Assembly (NCBI GenBank): GCA_046262715.1
Contig: JBHEMG010000045.1
Span: 986-64,985 of the forward strand
Direction of reading: 5' to 3'
Length of the DNA: 64,000 nucleotides
Origin: Gemmatimonadales bacterium
GTDB lineage: Bacteria > Gemmatimonadota > Gemmatimonadetes > Gemmatimonadales > GWC2-71-9
Positions 43,404 through 53,098 of this stretch are shown one piece after another. How positions within the stretch are numbered: position 1 is the stretch's first letter; the number at the start of each line of letters is the position of its first letter. The position numbers and the translations under genes are program-made. Below the pieces are notes generated by a model, which saw only the letters and a list, made by a program, of their open reading frames with translations, did no database searches and was not told the origin of the DNA.

Positions 43404-44975
43404 ATGCAGCGTCCGAAGAGCATTCTCTGGATCGACGACGAAGTCGACGGCCTGGCCGCGCACCGGCGCTTTCTCGAGCAGCAGGGATTCGCGGTGGCGC
43501 AGGCCGCGCACGGCGACGATGCGCTCGCGATGCTGCGTCGCCAGCCCTACAGCGTGGTGCTGCTCGACGAGCAGATGCCCGGACGGCGCGGGCTCGACCT
43601 GCTGCCGGAGATCCGCGCCATCGATCCCGCCATGTCCGTCGTCATGGTGACGCAGAGCGAGGACGACGGCCTGCTGCGCGACGCGATCGGCATCGAGATC
43701 GACGACTATCTCGTGAAGCCGGTGCATCCGCGCCAGGTGTTGTCGGTCGTGACGCGACTGTTGGAAGGCGACCGGATCCGCCAGCAGCGCCTCGCGCGCG
43801 ACTTCGTCACGCGCTTCCGCGAGCTGGAGGGACGCCGTGGCGCGACGCTGGCGTGGCGCGAGTGGATCGAGCTCGTTGCGGAGCTGGCGCGCTGGGAGGT
43901 GCGCCTCGCCGCGGGGGACGAGCCCGGCCTCTCCGAAGCGCTGCGCACCTTGAAAGAAAGCCTGCGCAAGGACTTTCAGACATTCATCGTCAAGCACTAT
44001 CCGCGCTGGCTCGCCGATCCCGAGCGCGACCGGCCGCCGCTGTCGGTGGACGTGGGCGCCGAGTTCCTCGTACCCGCGCTGAAGCGCACGGGGCGCGTCG
44101 TCTTCATCGTGATCGACTGCCTGCGGCTCGATCAGTGGGAAATGCTGCGCGACCTCATCACGCCGATGTTCGACCTCGAGGAATCGCATTACTACAGCAT
44201 CTTGCCGACGGCGACGCCGTTCTCTCGCAATGCGATTTTCAGCGGCATGTTTCCGATGGAAATCGCGGCCCGCCACCCCGAGTGGTGGGGCGCGCCGACT
44301 GACGACGAGAGTCTCAACGCGCACGAGGGCGAGCTGCTCGCCGAGCAGCTGAAAGAGCTGGTCGGCGAAACCATCCCGGTCCGTTACGAAAAGCTGTTCA
44401 CTGCCGCCGACGGCACCGACCTGCTGCGCCGCCTGCCGGCGCATTTGGCGCAGCCCGGCGTGACCGCGCTCGTGTTCAACTTCATCGATCAGCTGACGCA
44501 CGGTCGCTCAGAGAATGCGATTTTGTACGAAGTTGCGCGCGATGCCGACGCGCTGCGCGGGCTCACCCGCACCTGGTTCGAGCGCTCGCCGGTGCTCGCG
44601 GCGCTGCAGGAAGCGGAGCGGCGCAACGTCCCCGTGCTGCTCACCACCGATCACGGCTCGATCCACTGTGAGACCCCCGCGACGGTGTTCGCCAAACGCG
44701 ACGCCACGGCCAACCTGCGGTACAAGTTCGGCGAGGACCTGCGCGCCGAAGATCCCGAAGCCGCGATCATGGTCGAAGATCTCAAGTCGTACGGCTTGCC
44801 GGGGAAGGGACTGGGCGTGCGGCTGCTGCTCGCGACCGGTGATCGCTTCTTTGTCTATCCGACCAAGCTGCGCGAATACCAGGCGCGCTATCGCGGCGCC
44901 TTTCTTCACGGCGGCGCGACGCCCGAGGAAATGATCCTTCCCGTCGCGCTGTTGACCCCCCGCCGATCCAAATAA
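43404..44975 (+). CDS. PorX-like response regulator: REC domain fused to PglZ (alkaline-phosphatase-superfamily) domain
   Basis: The ORF is trimmed to ATG 43404 (MQRPKSILWIDDE). It has a REC acceptor (VVLLDEQMPGRRG) and YLVKP. The PglZ motifs are VFIVIDCLRLDQW, LPTATPFSRNAIFSG, LLTTDHGS and FLHGGATPEEMILP. At about 523 aa it has the same length and architecture as Bacteroidetes PorX. Confidence 0.8.
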   Translation: MQRPKSILWIDDEVDGLAAHRRFLEQQGFAVAQAAHGDDALAMLRRQPYSVVLLDEQMPGRRGLDLLPEIRAIDPAMSVVMVTQSEDDGLLRDAIGIEIDDYLVKPVHPRQVLSVVTRLLEGDRIRQQRLARDFVTRFRELEGRRGATLAWREWIELVAELARWEVRLAAGDEPGLSEALRTLKESLRKDFQTFIVKHYPRWLADPERDRPPLSVDVGAEFLVPALKRTGRVVFIVIDCLRLDQWEMLRDLITPMFDLEESHYYSILPTATPFSRNAIFSGMFPMEIAARHPEWWGAPTDDESLNAHEGELLAEQLKELVGETIPVRYEKLFTAADGTDLLRRLPAHLAQPGVTALVFNFIDQLTHGRSENAILYEVARDADALRGLTRTWFERSPVLAALQEAERRNVPVLLTTDHGSIHCETPATVFAKRDATANLRYKFGEDLRAEDPEAAIMVEDLKSYGLPGKGLGVRLLLATGDRFFVYPTKLREYQARYRGAFLHGGATPEEMILPVALLTPRRSK

Positions 44976-46777
44976 TGGGACGCGGCGCCCGGCTGTTGAC
45001 GCTGCTGCGGCCCTACTCCGTGCTGTTCGCCGCGACGATCGGGGCGACGGTGATCTCGTCGGTGCTCGACGGCTTCACCTTCGTGCTGCTGATCCCGTTC
45101 CTGCGCACGCTGTTCGGCAACGCCGCGCTGCCGGCCCAGGGCGGCTCGCAGGTCGAAGCGGTCCTCAACACGATCGCCGGACCGTTCCTGCAGGCTGGCA
45201 ATCCCGAAGTAGCCCTGCGCAACGTCGTTGTCGTGCTGTTGTTCGCGCTGTTCCTCAAGAATCTCACGTCGTACCTCTCGTCCCTCGGCAGCGTGTCGAT
45301 TCAGGAAGGCGTCGTGCGTGACCTGCGGGTGCGGCTGTTCCGCCATCTGCAGACCTTGCCGCTGGGCTACTTCCAGCGCACGCGCGCCGGCCAGACGATC
45401 GCACGCGTCATCAGCGACACCGATCAGGTAAAGACGGCGGTGAGCGCCGCGCTCGCGTCGCTGCTGCAGAACATCGTCGTCATCATCGTCTATGTCGTCA
45501 TCCTTTTCGGGCTCTCGGTGCGGCTGGCGCTGCTGTCGCTGCTGCTCGCCCCCGTGCTGCTGCTCATCATCCGGCCCATGATCAATCGCCTGCGGCGTCG
45601 CTCGCGCGAGCTCGCCGCCGAGCGCGGCGAGGTGACAAGCCATGTGGGCGAGATGATCGCGTCGGCGAAGCTGGTGCGCGCCTACGTGGCTGAAGTGTTC
45701 GAGCTGGGGCGCTTCCGCGAGCTTGCCGAGCGGTATCGAAAGCGGGTACTGCGGGCGCAACGCTACTCGAGTCTGACGAGCCCCGTCAGCGAGGTATTCG
45801 GCGGGGTCATGATGGTGCTGATACTCGTCGTGGGCACACGGCTCGCGCTCGGCACGTCCGCGACGCTCGACCCGGCGGTGCTGATCACGTTCCTTGCCGT
45901 GAGCCTGCGGCTGATGTCGCCCATCAAGTCGGTGTCCAATTATCCCGCTATCATGGCGACGGCGGTCGCGTCGGCGGAGCGGGTCTTCGAGGTGCTCGAC
46001 CTGCCGTCGGCGGAGGGCGACAAGCCGGGCGAGACGACGGCGGAGTTCAGCGAGCGGATCGAATTTCGTGGCGTGTCGTTTGAGTATGAGCCGTCCGAGG
46101 CGGTACTGCGCGATGTGGATCTCGAGGTCAACCGCGGGCAGATCGTGGCGATCGTCGGGCCGTCGGGCGCCGGGAAGACGACGCTGGTCGATCTGCTGCC
46201 GCGCTTCTACGAGCCGACGCGCGGCGAGATCCTGATGGACGGCGTGCCGCTCACGCAGTACACGCGCACGTCGCTGCGCCGCCTCATGGGCATTGTGTCG
46301 CAAGAGACGGTGCTGCTCAACGACACGGTACTTGCGAACATCGGCTACGGTTTGAAAGACGTGCCCCTCGACCAGGTACGCGCCTCCGCGCGCGCCGCGA
46401 ACGCCGACGAATTCATCATGCGGCTCCCCGAAGGCTACGAGACCGTGCTCGGCGAGCGCGGCACACGGCTCAGCGGCGGACAGCGGCAGCGCATCGCCAT
46501 CGCGCGGGCACTGCTGCGCGATCCACCCATCCTGATCCTCGACGAGGCGACGAGCGCGCTGGACACCGAGTCGGAGCGGCTCGTCCAGGAAGCCATCGAG
46601 CGGCTGATGGCGCATCGTACGGTGTTTGTGATCGCCCACCGGCTCGCGACGGTGCAGCACGCCGATTTCATCGTCGTGATCGCCGAGGGGCGGATCGTGG
46701 AGCGCGGCTCGCACGGCGACCTGCTCTCGAACGACGGCCTGTATCGCCGGCTGTACAATCTTCAGTTCCGGACCTGA
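44975..46777 (+). CDS. msbA: ABC exporter, fused permease/ATPase (MsbA-like lipid A flippase)
   Basis: The 600-aa ORF has six TM helices followed by an NBD. The NBD carries Walker A GPSGAGKTT, the signature LSGGQRQRIAIARAL and Walker B ILILDEATSALD. The MsbA assignment comes from its LPS-gene context. Confidence 0.8.
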   Translation: MGRGARLLTLLRPYSVLFAATIGATVISSVLDGFTFVLLIPFLRTLFGNAALPAQGGSQVEAVLNTIAGPFLQAGNPEVALRNVVVVLLFALFLKNLTSYLSSLGSVSIQEGVVRDLRVRLFRHLQTLPLGYFQRTRAGQTIARVISDTDQVKTAVSAALASLLQNIVVIIVYVVILFGLSVRLALLSLLLAPVLLLIIRPMINRLRRRSRELAAERGEVTSHVGEMIASAKLVRAYVAEVFELGRFRELAERYRKRVLRAQRYSSLTSPVSEVFGGVMMVLILVVGTRLALGTSATLDPAVLITFLAVSLRLMSPIKSVSNYPAIMATAVASAERVFEVLDLPSAEGDKPGETTAEFSERIEFRGVSFEYEPSEAVLRDVDLEVNRGQIVAIVGPSGAGKTTLVDLLPRFYEPTRGEILMDGVPLTQYTRTSLRRLMGIVSQETVLLNDTVLANIGYGLKDVPLDQVRASARAANADEFIMRLPEGYETVLGERGTRLSGGQRQRIAIARALLRDPPILILDEATSALDTESERLVQEAIERLMAHRTVFVIAHRLATVQHADFIVVIAEGRIVERGSHGDLLSNDGLYRRLYNLQFRT

Positions 46778-46778
46778 C

Positions 46779-47642
46779 GTGCTGTCGGGATTCACGCTGG
46801 TGCGCAACGCCGTCAAGCTCGACTTCCCGATCGTCTCCGCCATTCGATCGGTGCTGGAGGTGTGCGACGAGGTCGTCGTCAACGTCGGCAAGTCCGAAGA
46901 TGACACACGCGATCTGGTCGCGTCGGTGAACGATCCGCGCGTGCGCATTCTCGACAGCGAGTGGGATTTCACCAAGAAGAACCTCATGCTGTCCATCGAG
47001 ACGCAGCGCGCAATGGACGCGTGCCGCGGCTCCTGGGGGATCTATATCCAGGCCGACGAGGTGCTGCACGAGCGAGGCGCGCACATTCTGAAAGAGAAGG
47101 TCGCCGAGTGGGACGGCGACGCCGGCGTCGAAGGGCTGCTCGTCAAATATCTGCATTTCTATGGGGGGTTCGACCGCATCGCCACGAGCCGGCGCTGGTA
47201 TCGCCGCGAGGTGCGCTGCGTCCGTCTGGGCAAAGACATCCGGCCCTATCAAGGTGCGCAGGGGTTCCGCGTGGGCCCCGACTACCGGAAAATTCGCGCG
47301 CGGGTGACCGACGCCGAGATGTTCCATTACGGCTGGGCGCGCCCGGCACGGGCGATCAAGGAAAAGCTGGAGATCTCCAAGACGATTTATCCCTGGGGCG
47401 GAAATCGCTTCGACAAGGAGCAGGCGCGCGGATCGCTCGAGTGGATTCCGTTGCTGCGTGACTACACCGCCAGCCACCCCGCCGCGGCGCGCGATTGGAT
47501 TGCCGCCCGGGCCCACGATCCCGAGCGCGTCGTCGGCCCGAAGCGCCTCAAGCCGGCGCACCTCCGGTTTTATGTCTCGGATTGGATCGAACGGCTGAGC
47601 GGCGCGCGGGTGTTCGAATTTCGGAATTACGAGGTGGTGTAG
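46779..47642 (+). CDS. GT-A-like glycosyltransferase family protein (weak assignment)
   Basis: The 287-aa ORF has a GTG start 1 nt after the msbA stop. Its N-terminal LSGFTLVRNAVKLDFPIVSAIRSVLEVCDEVVVNVGKSEDDT resembles GT2-like proteins found in LPS clusters. I see no clear DxD motif. Confidence 0.5.
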   Translation: MLSGFTLVRNAVKLDFPIVSAIRSVLEVCDEVVVNVGKSEDDTRDLVASVNDPRVRILDSEWDFTKKNLMLSIETQRAMDACRGSWGIYIQADEVLHERGAHILKEKVAEWDGDAGVEGLLVKYLHFYGGFDRIATSRRWYRREVRCVRLGKDIRPYQGAQGFRVGPDYRKIRARVTDAEMFHYGWARPARAIKEKLEISKTIYPWGGNRFDKEQARGSLEWIPLLRDYTASHPAAARDWIAARAHDPERVVGPKRLKPAHLRFYVSDWIERLSGARVFEFRNYEVV

Positions 47643-49066
47643 ACGATTGCGGTGCGGGCCTTGTTGTGTCGCGGATTGATCGCGTGCGCGAGGCGATCGG
47701 CGAGACTGGGCTGGATGACCGTGACGAGCGTCAAATTGCGGTGCAGAGCGGTTGCCAGAAACGCTCGGTCGGTCTCGATCGCGTCGCTGTAGAGAATGAC
47801 GTAATTGATGACGGATCCGGAATCTTGCGCCCACCGCGTTGTGCGTTGCGCCTCTCCCCGCCCTTCGAAGACCATGACCGGCGGCTTCGGCCTGCCGAGA
47901 TAGTAGTCTGGCACATGAAACGTCTGGTTGTACTGCGCGACGAGGACACCCGTGGCATCGTGACGCCGGTAGATGAAGAGCAGGGGATCGACGCGGTCCT
48001 GCTTGGCCGCGCTGAAGGTCACCACGAGCAGCAGCGCTCCGTTCACGATCCAGAAATACCACCACATACCGCGATACGCGGGCGCCATCCGCGCGGCAAG
48101 CCACGGCAGGCCGGCGACAATAAGAATGAAGAGCACTGGCAGGATCGGGAGCATGAAGCGCTCCTGCTTGTTGGCGATCAGGCTGTGGCTCACGAGAAAC
48201 GCGAGCGTCGCGATCCCCAGCATCGAGAGCTGTTTGGCGCCTTTCACCGCCGCCGCGAGGAACAGCACTGACACGGGGGGAATCAGTACTGCGAGCAGCG
48301 TGAGCAGATAATGCCACGGCGGACTGTGGGGATAGCCCTCCGCCTCCACCGCCATCCGCCCGGGATGCAACATCGGGCCGAGGCGCTGGATGAACGAATA
48401 CCACCACTCGTGATTGACCACCGAGTTGCTGTAACCCTGCAGCACGATCACGACCGCGAGTCCAACGAACAAAGCCGCCTTGTCGGCCATCGCGACCGGG
48501 CGGGGGCGCAGCAGCGCTAGCGCCGCGAACACCGCCACAAAGCCTATTAAAGGAAAGCGCAGGATCAGCGCGCCCCCGAGCGCGGCACCGGCGAGCCCCG
48601 CCCACAGGGCCGGCGGCGCGTCACGGTCCTCCGCGCGCCGCCACCACCAGCACGCCGCGAGCAGCGGCACCTGACATGCCGATTCCTCCAGCTGGTGCAC
48701 GGCGGTCACCGGCAACGCGAAGAACGCCGCGGCCAACATGCCGCCGATCACGGCGCTCTGGCGGCCGAGCGCCCGCTCCAGGATGCGATAGACGAAGTAC
48801 ACGACGAGCAGGGAATAGGCTGCCTGGAGAAGCCGCACGATCAGCATCTCGATGCCGGGATCGTCGATCCCGATGCCGCGCGTCCCTGCCATGATCGCGC
48901 CGATGATGCCGGGGAAGAGCGCGGATCGCGCGTACGTCACGGCGAGGCCGGCTCCGTTTGCGATCTGATCGGCGGCGGCGACGACGACGTGATGGTCATC
49001 GCTCGCGAGGAAGCCGCCGCTGAAGACCGCCGCGAGCAGACGCAGCGCCGCGGCGACGGCGAGCAC
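47627..49066 (-). CDS. Polytopic GT-C-fold glycosyltransferase (GT22/ArnT/PMT-like)
   Basis: The 479-aa ORF has many TM helices, an acidic first-loop motif (FLASDDHHVV) and a soluble C-terminal part. It uses a GTG start. Its 3' end overlaps the convergent gene by 16 nt. Confidence 0.65.
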   Translation of the reverse strand: MLAVAAALRLLAAVFSGGFLASDDHHVVVAAADQIANGAGLAVTYARSALFPGIIGAIMAGTRGIGIDDPGIEMLIVRLLQAAYSLLVVYFVYRILERALGRQSAVIGGMLAAAFFALPVTAVHQLEESACQVPLLAACWWWRRAEDRDAPPALWAGLAGAALGGALILRFPLIGFVAVFAALALLRPRPVAMADKAALFVGLAVVIVLQGYSNSVVNHEWWYSFIQRLGPMLHPGRMAVEAEGYPHSPPWHYLLTLLAVLIPPVSVLFLAAAVKGAKQLSMLGIATLAFLVSHSLIANKQERFMLPILPVLFILIVAGLPWLAARMAPAYRGMWWYFWIVNGALLLVVTFSAAKQDRVDPLLFIYRRHDATGVLVAQYNQTFHVPDYYLGRPKPPVMVFEGRGEAQRTTRWAQDSGSVINYVILYSDAIETDRAFLATALHRNLTLVTVIQPSLADRLAHAINPRHNKARTAIVYTTS

Positions 49067-49083
49067 GCGCAGCAGCGAGCGGT

Positions 49084-50001
49084 CTACTTGAGGTCGCCTT
49101 TTTCGATGGCGCGTTGATACATCAGGACATAGGCTTCCGCCATCACGAGATGCGTAAAGTGCCGCTCCGCGCGCTCACGGCAGGCGCGGGGATCGAGCGT
49201 CGCGACCTTGTCGGCGGCGGAAATCAGCTCGTCGAGCGTATCGCGCAGCACGCCGACCGCTGGGGTGACGATCTCCGGCAGCGCGCCGCGTCGGGTGCCC
49301 ACGACGGGCGTTCCGGAGAACAACGCTTCGATGATCGGCAGGCCGAACGGCTCGTCCCACTGCGCAGGCATCCACAGGCAGCGCGCCCGCGCCAGTAATA
49401 CCGCTTTGCGCTTGCCGTCGACCTCGCCCACGTACTTCACGTCGCCGGTGAAGCTGGGGCGCCATCCACCCGCGATGATCAGCCGGCGACCACTGCGCTT
49501 CGCCGCCTCGACCGCCCACTGGTAGCCGCGGTCACTATGCAGTTTGCCGAGAAACAAATCCCACTGTTCCTTGCGGCCGCGAAAGATGTACTCCGCGGGG
49601 TCGAGCCCATTGTGCACGTAGATGGTGCTGCCGTGCCGCTTGGCGTGATCGCGCGACAGAAAAATCGTGTTGGGAGGCAGTGGCGTGCCGGGTTTCCAAT
49701 TGCCATGCAGCGTCTGGACGAAGGGCAGGCCTTGCGGTGCCCGCCTCAACGGAAAATGCGCGTGCAGGACGTCGGCGTCGCCGGGAATGAACCGCTTGAG
49801 ATCGCTCGAGGCATCCTTGAGAACGCGCGGCGCGACATTCACGATCTTCGAGGCTTCGGGGACTTTCGTCCCCGGCTGAGCCAGCAACGTGACGCGATGG
49901 CCGAGTGCGGCGAGTCCACGAACGAGCGCGACGACGACGCGCTGTGGTCCGCCGTAGCCTTCCACGGGGAGCCGGTGATGGGATGCGACTACGACGTGCA
50001 T
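49084..50001 (-). CDS. Glycosyltransferase family 4 (GT-B)
   Basis: The 305-aa ORF has an N-terminal GGPQRVV..L...L...GH motif and the C-terminal EPFGLPIIEA (the E-x7-E region). Confidence 0.8.
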   Translation of the reverse strand: MHVVVASHHRLPVEGYGGPQRVVVALVRGLAALGHRVTLLAQPGTKVPEASKIVNVAPRVLKDASSDLKRFIPGDADVLHAHFPLRRAPQGLPFVQTLHGNWKPGTPLPPNTIFLSRDHAKRHGSTIYVHNGLDPAEYIFRGRKEQWDLFLGKLHSDRGYQWAVEAAKRSGRRLIIAGGWRPSFTGDVKYVGEVDGKRKAVLLARARCLWMPAQWDEPFGLPIIEALFSGTPVVGTRRGALPEIVTPAVGVLRDTLDELISAADKVATLDPRACRERAERHFTHLVMAEAYVLMYQRAIEKGDLK

Positions 50002-50030
50002 CGGAGTCCCAGTATAACTAGCTTCGGAAC
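50002..50030. promoter_or_regulatory. 29-bp divergent intergenic region with back-to-back -10-like hexamers
   Basis: On the plus strand, TAGCTT (50019-50024) lies 6 nt before ATG 50031. On the minus strand, TATACT (complement of 50011-50016) lies 9 nt before ATG 50001. There is no room for leaders or an SD. Confidence 0.4.
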
Positions 50031-51158
50031 ATGCCGGCGAGTCATGCAGGTGGGCGGCTCACACTGCTCCAGCTCACCCATCAGGGCGAGGGCGCCGGCT
50101 CCACGCAGTCCATTTTCAGTTTGAGCCGCGAATTGGCGCAACGCGGTCATCGCGTGCTCGTGGGATGTCCGCCCGGCACGCTGCTCGCGCGCACTGTCGC
50201 CGCGACGCCCTCACTGGAGCACGTTGCCATCGACTTCTCTTCACTGCCCCGCGCCGCGGACACTATCGCCGCAATTCTTACCGAGCGCAACGTGACCGTC
50301 GTGAACAGTCACGCGACGGGCGATCGCCGCGCCCTCACGTGGCTACGATGGCGCCGCCGTCTGTCGCAGCCCTTCGTCGTGACACGACGCACCATGCCGC
50401 TCACGTTGCCGCCGGAGCTGATCGCCGTGGGCTGGACCGCCGACCGGACCATCGCCGTAAGCGCGGCGGTGTCGCGCGCGCTGCGTGGGCGCTTGCATCC
50501 CGGCCGGCGCATTCGCGTGGTGCCGAACGGCATCGATCTCGCGCGCGTGCAGGCGGAGCCGTCGCGCCAGGACCTGGCTGACGCGCGGGCGGTGCTGGGG
50601 GATACGGGCAGGCCTGTCGTGGCCGTGGTCGCGCGCCGCAAAGACCAGCACATCCTGCTGCGCGCATTGCCGGCGTTGCGCCAGCCGGTGACGGTTGCGT
50701 TCGTGGGGATCCATCCCGACGACGAGCTGACCGCGGCGCATGCCTCGGTCCCGGACCGTCATCGCGTCGTATTCGTTCCGTTTACGGAGCGGCCCCTGGC
50801 GTTCTACCGCTTCGCGACGATCGCTGCGCTGCCCTCTCGCATCGAGGGGCTGTCGCAGTCGCTGCTCGAGGCGATGTCGCTCGGCGTTCCGGTGATCGCG
50901 TCGGCCGCGGGCGGGAATTCAGAGCTCATCTATTCGGGCGAAACGGGCCTCCTGGTGCCTCCGCTCGACCCGGCCGCGTGGACGCGCGCGCTCGAGCGCA
51001 TGCTGGGCGATGCGCAGTTACGGGCGCGCACCGCGCGCACGGGCCGCGAGTTGGTGCTGCGCGAGTTCACGATCCCGCGCACCGTCCAGCGGACCGAAGT
51101 CGTCTATCGCGAAGCAATGGCGCGCCGGCAATTGCTCGCGGGGGAACGTTCCCGTTAA
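50031..51158 (+). CDS. Glycosyltransferase family 4 (GT-B)
   Basis: The 375-aa ORF has GAGSTQSIFSLSRELAQRGH at the N-terminus and EGLSQSLLEAMSLGVPVIAS...GETG in the C-lobe. Confidence 0.82.
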   Translation: MPASHAGGRLTLLQLTHQGEGAGSTQSIFSLSRELAQRGHRVLVGCPPGTLLARTVAATPSLEHVAIDFSSLPRAADTIAAILTERNVTVVNSHATGDRRALTWLRWRRRLSQPFVVTRRTMPLTLPPELIAVGWTADRTIAVSAAVSRALRGRLHPGRRIRVVPNGIDLARVQAEPSRQDLADARAVLGDTGRPVVAVVARRKDQHILLRALPALRQPVTVAFVGIHPDDELTAAHASVPDRHRVVFVPFTERPLAFYRFATIAALPSRIEGLSQSLLEAMSLGVPVIASAAGGNSELIYSGETGLLVPPLDPAAWTRALERMLGDAQLRARTARTGRELVLREFTIPRTVQRTEVVYREAMARRQLLAGERSR

Positions 51159-51168
51159 CATTGGGAAC

Positions 51169-51924
51169 ATGCCGGGTACAGCGCCCCTCACCGTCGTCAT
51201 CCCCACGCTGAACGAAGCGAGTCAAATCGGCGACTGCGTGCGCGGGCTGTCGTGGGCCAATGAAGTGATCGTCGTCGACGCCGGATCGAAAGACGGCACC
51301 ACGGCTGCGGCCGCGGCGGCGGGCGCGCGGGTGCTCGACGGCTCGGCGCCGGGCATCGCGGCGCAGCGTAACGCCGGCATCGCTGCGGCCGGCAACGAGT
51401 GGGTGTTCGCGCTCGACGCCGACGAGCGCATCGGGCCCGCGCTCGCGGCCGAGCTCGCCGAGGTCGTTGCCGCGCCGCAACATCAAGCCTATCGCGTCAA
51501 GCGCCGCAATCTGTTTCATGGCGAGGTGCTGCGGCGGGGGCACTGGGGTCGCGACTGGGTGGTACGCTTGTTCCGCCGATCGCGGCGATTCGGGGGCAAG
51601 ACCGCGCACCCGGGCCTCGAGATCGCCGAGAGCGAGCAGGGCGAGCTGACCAACGAGCTGGACCACACACCCTACAAAGACCTGGGACATCACCTGGACA
51701 AGATCGTCGCCTACAGCCGCATGAGCGCGGCGGATATGGCGGCGCGCGGGCGCCACGCGTCGTTCAGCGACGTCGCATTGCGGCCCGCGTTCCGGTTTTG
51801 GCGGGACTACATCCTGCACGGCAGCATTCTCGACGGGCGGCTCGGCGTCATCCACGCCGGAATGAGCGCCGCGTCGGTATTCTTCAAGTATGCGTTTCTC
51901 TGGGAGCGACGACGCGGTGGCTAA
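51169..51924 (+). CDS. Glycosyltransferase family 2 (LPS-core WaaE/KdtX-like)
   Basis: The ORF is trimmed to ATG 51169 (MPGTAPLTVVIPTLNEA). It has VVDAGSKDGT and ALDADE (DxD). Confidence 0.82.
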   Translation: MPGTAPLTVVIPTLNEASQIGDCVRGLSWANEVIVVDAGSKDGTTAAAAAAGARVLDGSAPGIAAQRNAGIAAAGNEWVFALDADERIGPALAAELAEVVAAPQHQAYRVKRRNLFHGEVLRRGHWGRDWVVRLFRRSRRFGGKTAHPGLEIAESEQGELTNELDHTPYKDLGHHLDKIVAYSRMSAADMAARGRHASFSDVALRPAFRFWRDYILHGSILDGRLGVIHAGMSAASVFFKYAFLWERRRGG

Positions 51925-53098
51925 GACCTTCCTGCTGACCGACGAATTTCCGCCGATGCAGACCGGCATCGCACGCATGATGAGCGAAATCACGCGCCGC
52001 TATCCCCGTGGCGAGCTGCTCGTGTCCACCGGTCAGCATCGCGACTCCCAGGATGCCGACGTGCGCTTCAGCGGCGCGGTGGTGGACCGGTTGCCTCTGC
52101 CCAGCAAGGCGCTGCGGAATATCGCCGGTCTGCTGCTCTGGTCGCGCCGCGTCGCCACGCTGGCTCGGGCACACAAACCCCGCTTCGTCTGGTGCGACTC
52201 GATCCGGCCCTGCACGTATCCCGCGAAATGGGTGCACGAGCGCGTCGGCGCGAAGTACGGCGTGTTCGTGCACGGCGGCGATCTGCTCAAGGAGCTGCAT
52301 GCCATCCATCACTCGCGCCGTGCACGCAAGACGGCGAAGGCGCTGCTTGGCTCGGCGCTGGCCGTGGTGGCCAACAGCCAATGGACGCGCGAGCAGGCGC
52401 AGACGGTGCTTCGCGAGCTGGGGCTCGACCCGCTGGCCGAGCACGTCCGGCTCGTCCCGCTCGGCACCGATCCCGAACAGTTCCGGCCCGGGATGGATAC
52501 GCACGCGGTGCGCGCGCGCTATCACCTGAACGGCGAGGCGCCGTGGGTGCTGACGGTGGCGCGGCTCGAAGCGTACAAGGGCGTCGACATGGCGCTGCGC
52601 GCGGTTGCGCAGTGCCGCCAGCAGGGCGTCGACGTGAATTATCTGATCGTGGGCAACGGCAAGAAGCGGAAAACGTATCAGAAGCTTGCGCAGGAGCTGC
52701 ACATCGCCGATTACGTGCGCTTCGTAGGCAACGTGCCGGAGGCGGAGCTGCCTGCGGTCTTCAATATTGCGAGCGCCTATATCGGTGTGTCGCGCCGGGC
52801 CGACGGGTCGCGAGTCGAGGGCTTTGGCGTCGCGCTCGCGGAAGCCAGCGCGTGCGGACTGCCGGTGATTGCCGGCCAATCGGGCGGGCTCGCGGAGGCG
52901 GTGCACGACGGGGAGACGGGGCTCGTCGTGGACCCGGATGATCCCGCGGCCGTCACGGCGGCGCTCAAACGGCTGCTGGGCGATCAACTGCTCGCCCGGC
53001 GGCTGGGCCAGGCGGGCCGAAAGGCGATCGAGACCTACTACAATTGGGACCGTGTGATCCGCGACCTGCGGGACATCGAATCACAAGTCTCCTCTTAG
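51917..53098 (+). CDS. Glycosyltransferase family 4 (PimB-like), tandem paralogue 1
   Basis: The start is GTG 51917 (VAKTFLLTDEFPPMQTGIARMM) or 51890. The C-lobe has EGFGVALAEASACGLPVIAGQSGG...GETG. Confidence 0.8.
   Translation: MAKTFLLTDEFPPMQTGIARMMSEITRRYPRGELLVSTGQHRDSQDADVRFSGAVVDRLPLPSKALRNIAGLLLWSRRVATLARAHKPRFVWCDSIRPCTYPAKWVHERVGAKYGVFVHGGDLLKELHAIHHSRRARKTAKALLGSALAVVANSQWTREQAQTVLRELGLDPLAEHVRLVPLGTDPEQFRPGMDTHAVRARYHLNGEAPWVLTVARLEAYKGVDMALRAVAQCRQQGVDVNYLIVGNGKKRKTYQKLAQELHIADYVRFVGNVPEAELPAVFNIASAYIGVSRRADGSRVEGFGVALAEASACGLPVIAGQSGGLAEAVHDGETGLVVDPDDPAAVTAALKRLLGDQLLARRLGQAGRKAIETYYNWDRVIRDLRDIESQVSS

Noticed and set aside
43404-44975. The PglZ domain as a remnant of a BREX/Pgl phage-defence system.
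   Set aside because: No brxA/B/C/L, pglX methyltransferase or other BREX genes are nearby. The PglZ domain is fused to a receiver domain, as in PorX, and the neighbours are envelope-biogenesis genes.
44906-46996. A 696-aa minus-strand ORF, plus the similar ORFs 46668..48605 (645 aa) and 43233..44501 (422 aa).
   Set aside because: All are antisense or out of frame relative to genes with clear motifs (MsbA Walker/signature motifs, PorX-like REC/PglZ, GT-C TM helices). Their composition is dominated by R, A, G, P, D and H, and they have no domains. I treat them as high-GC shadow ORFs.
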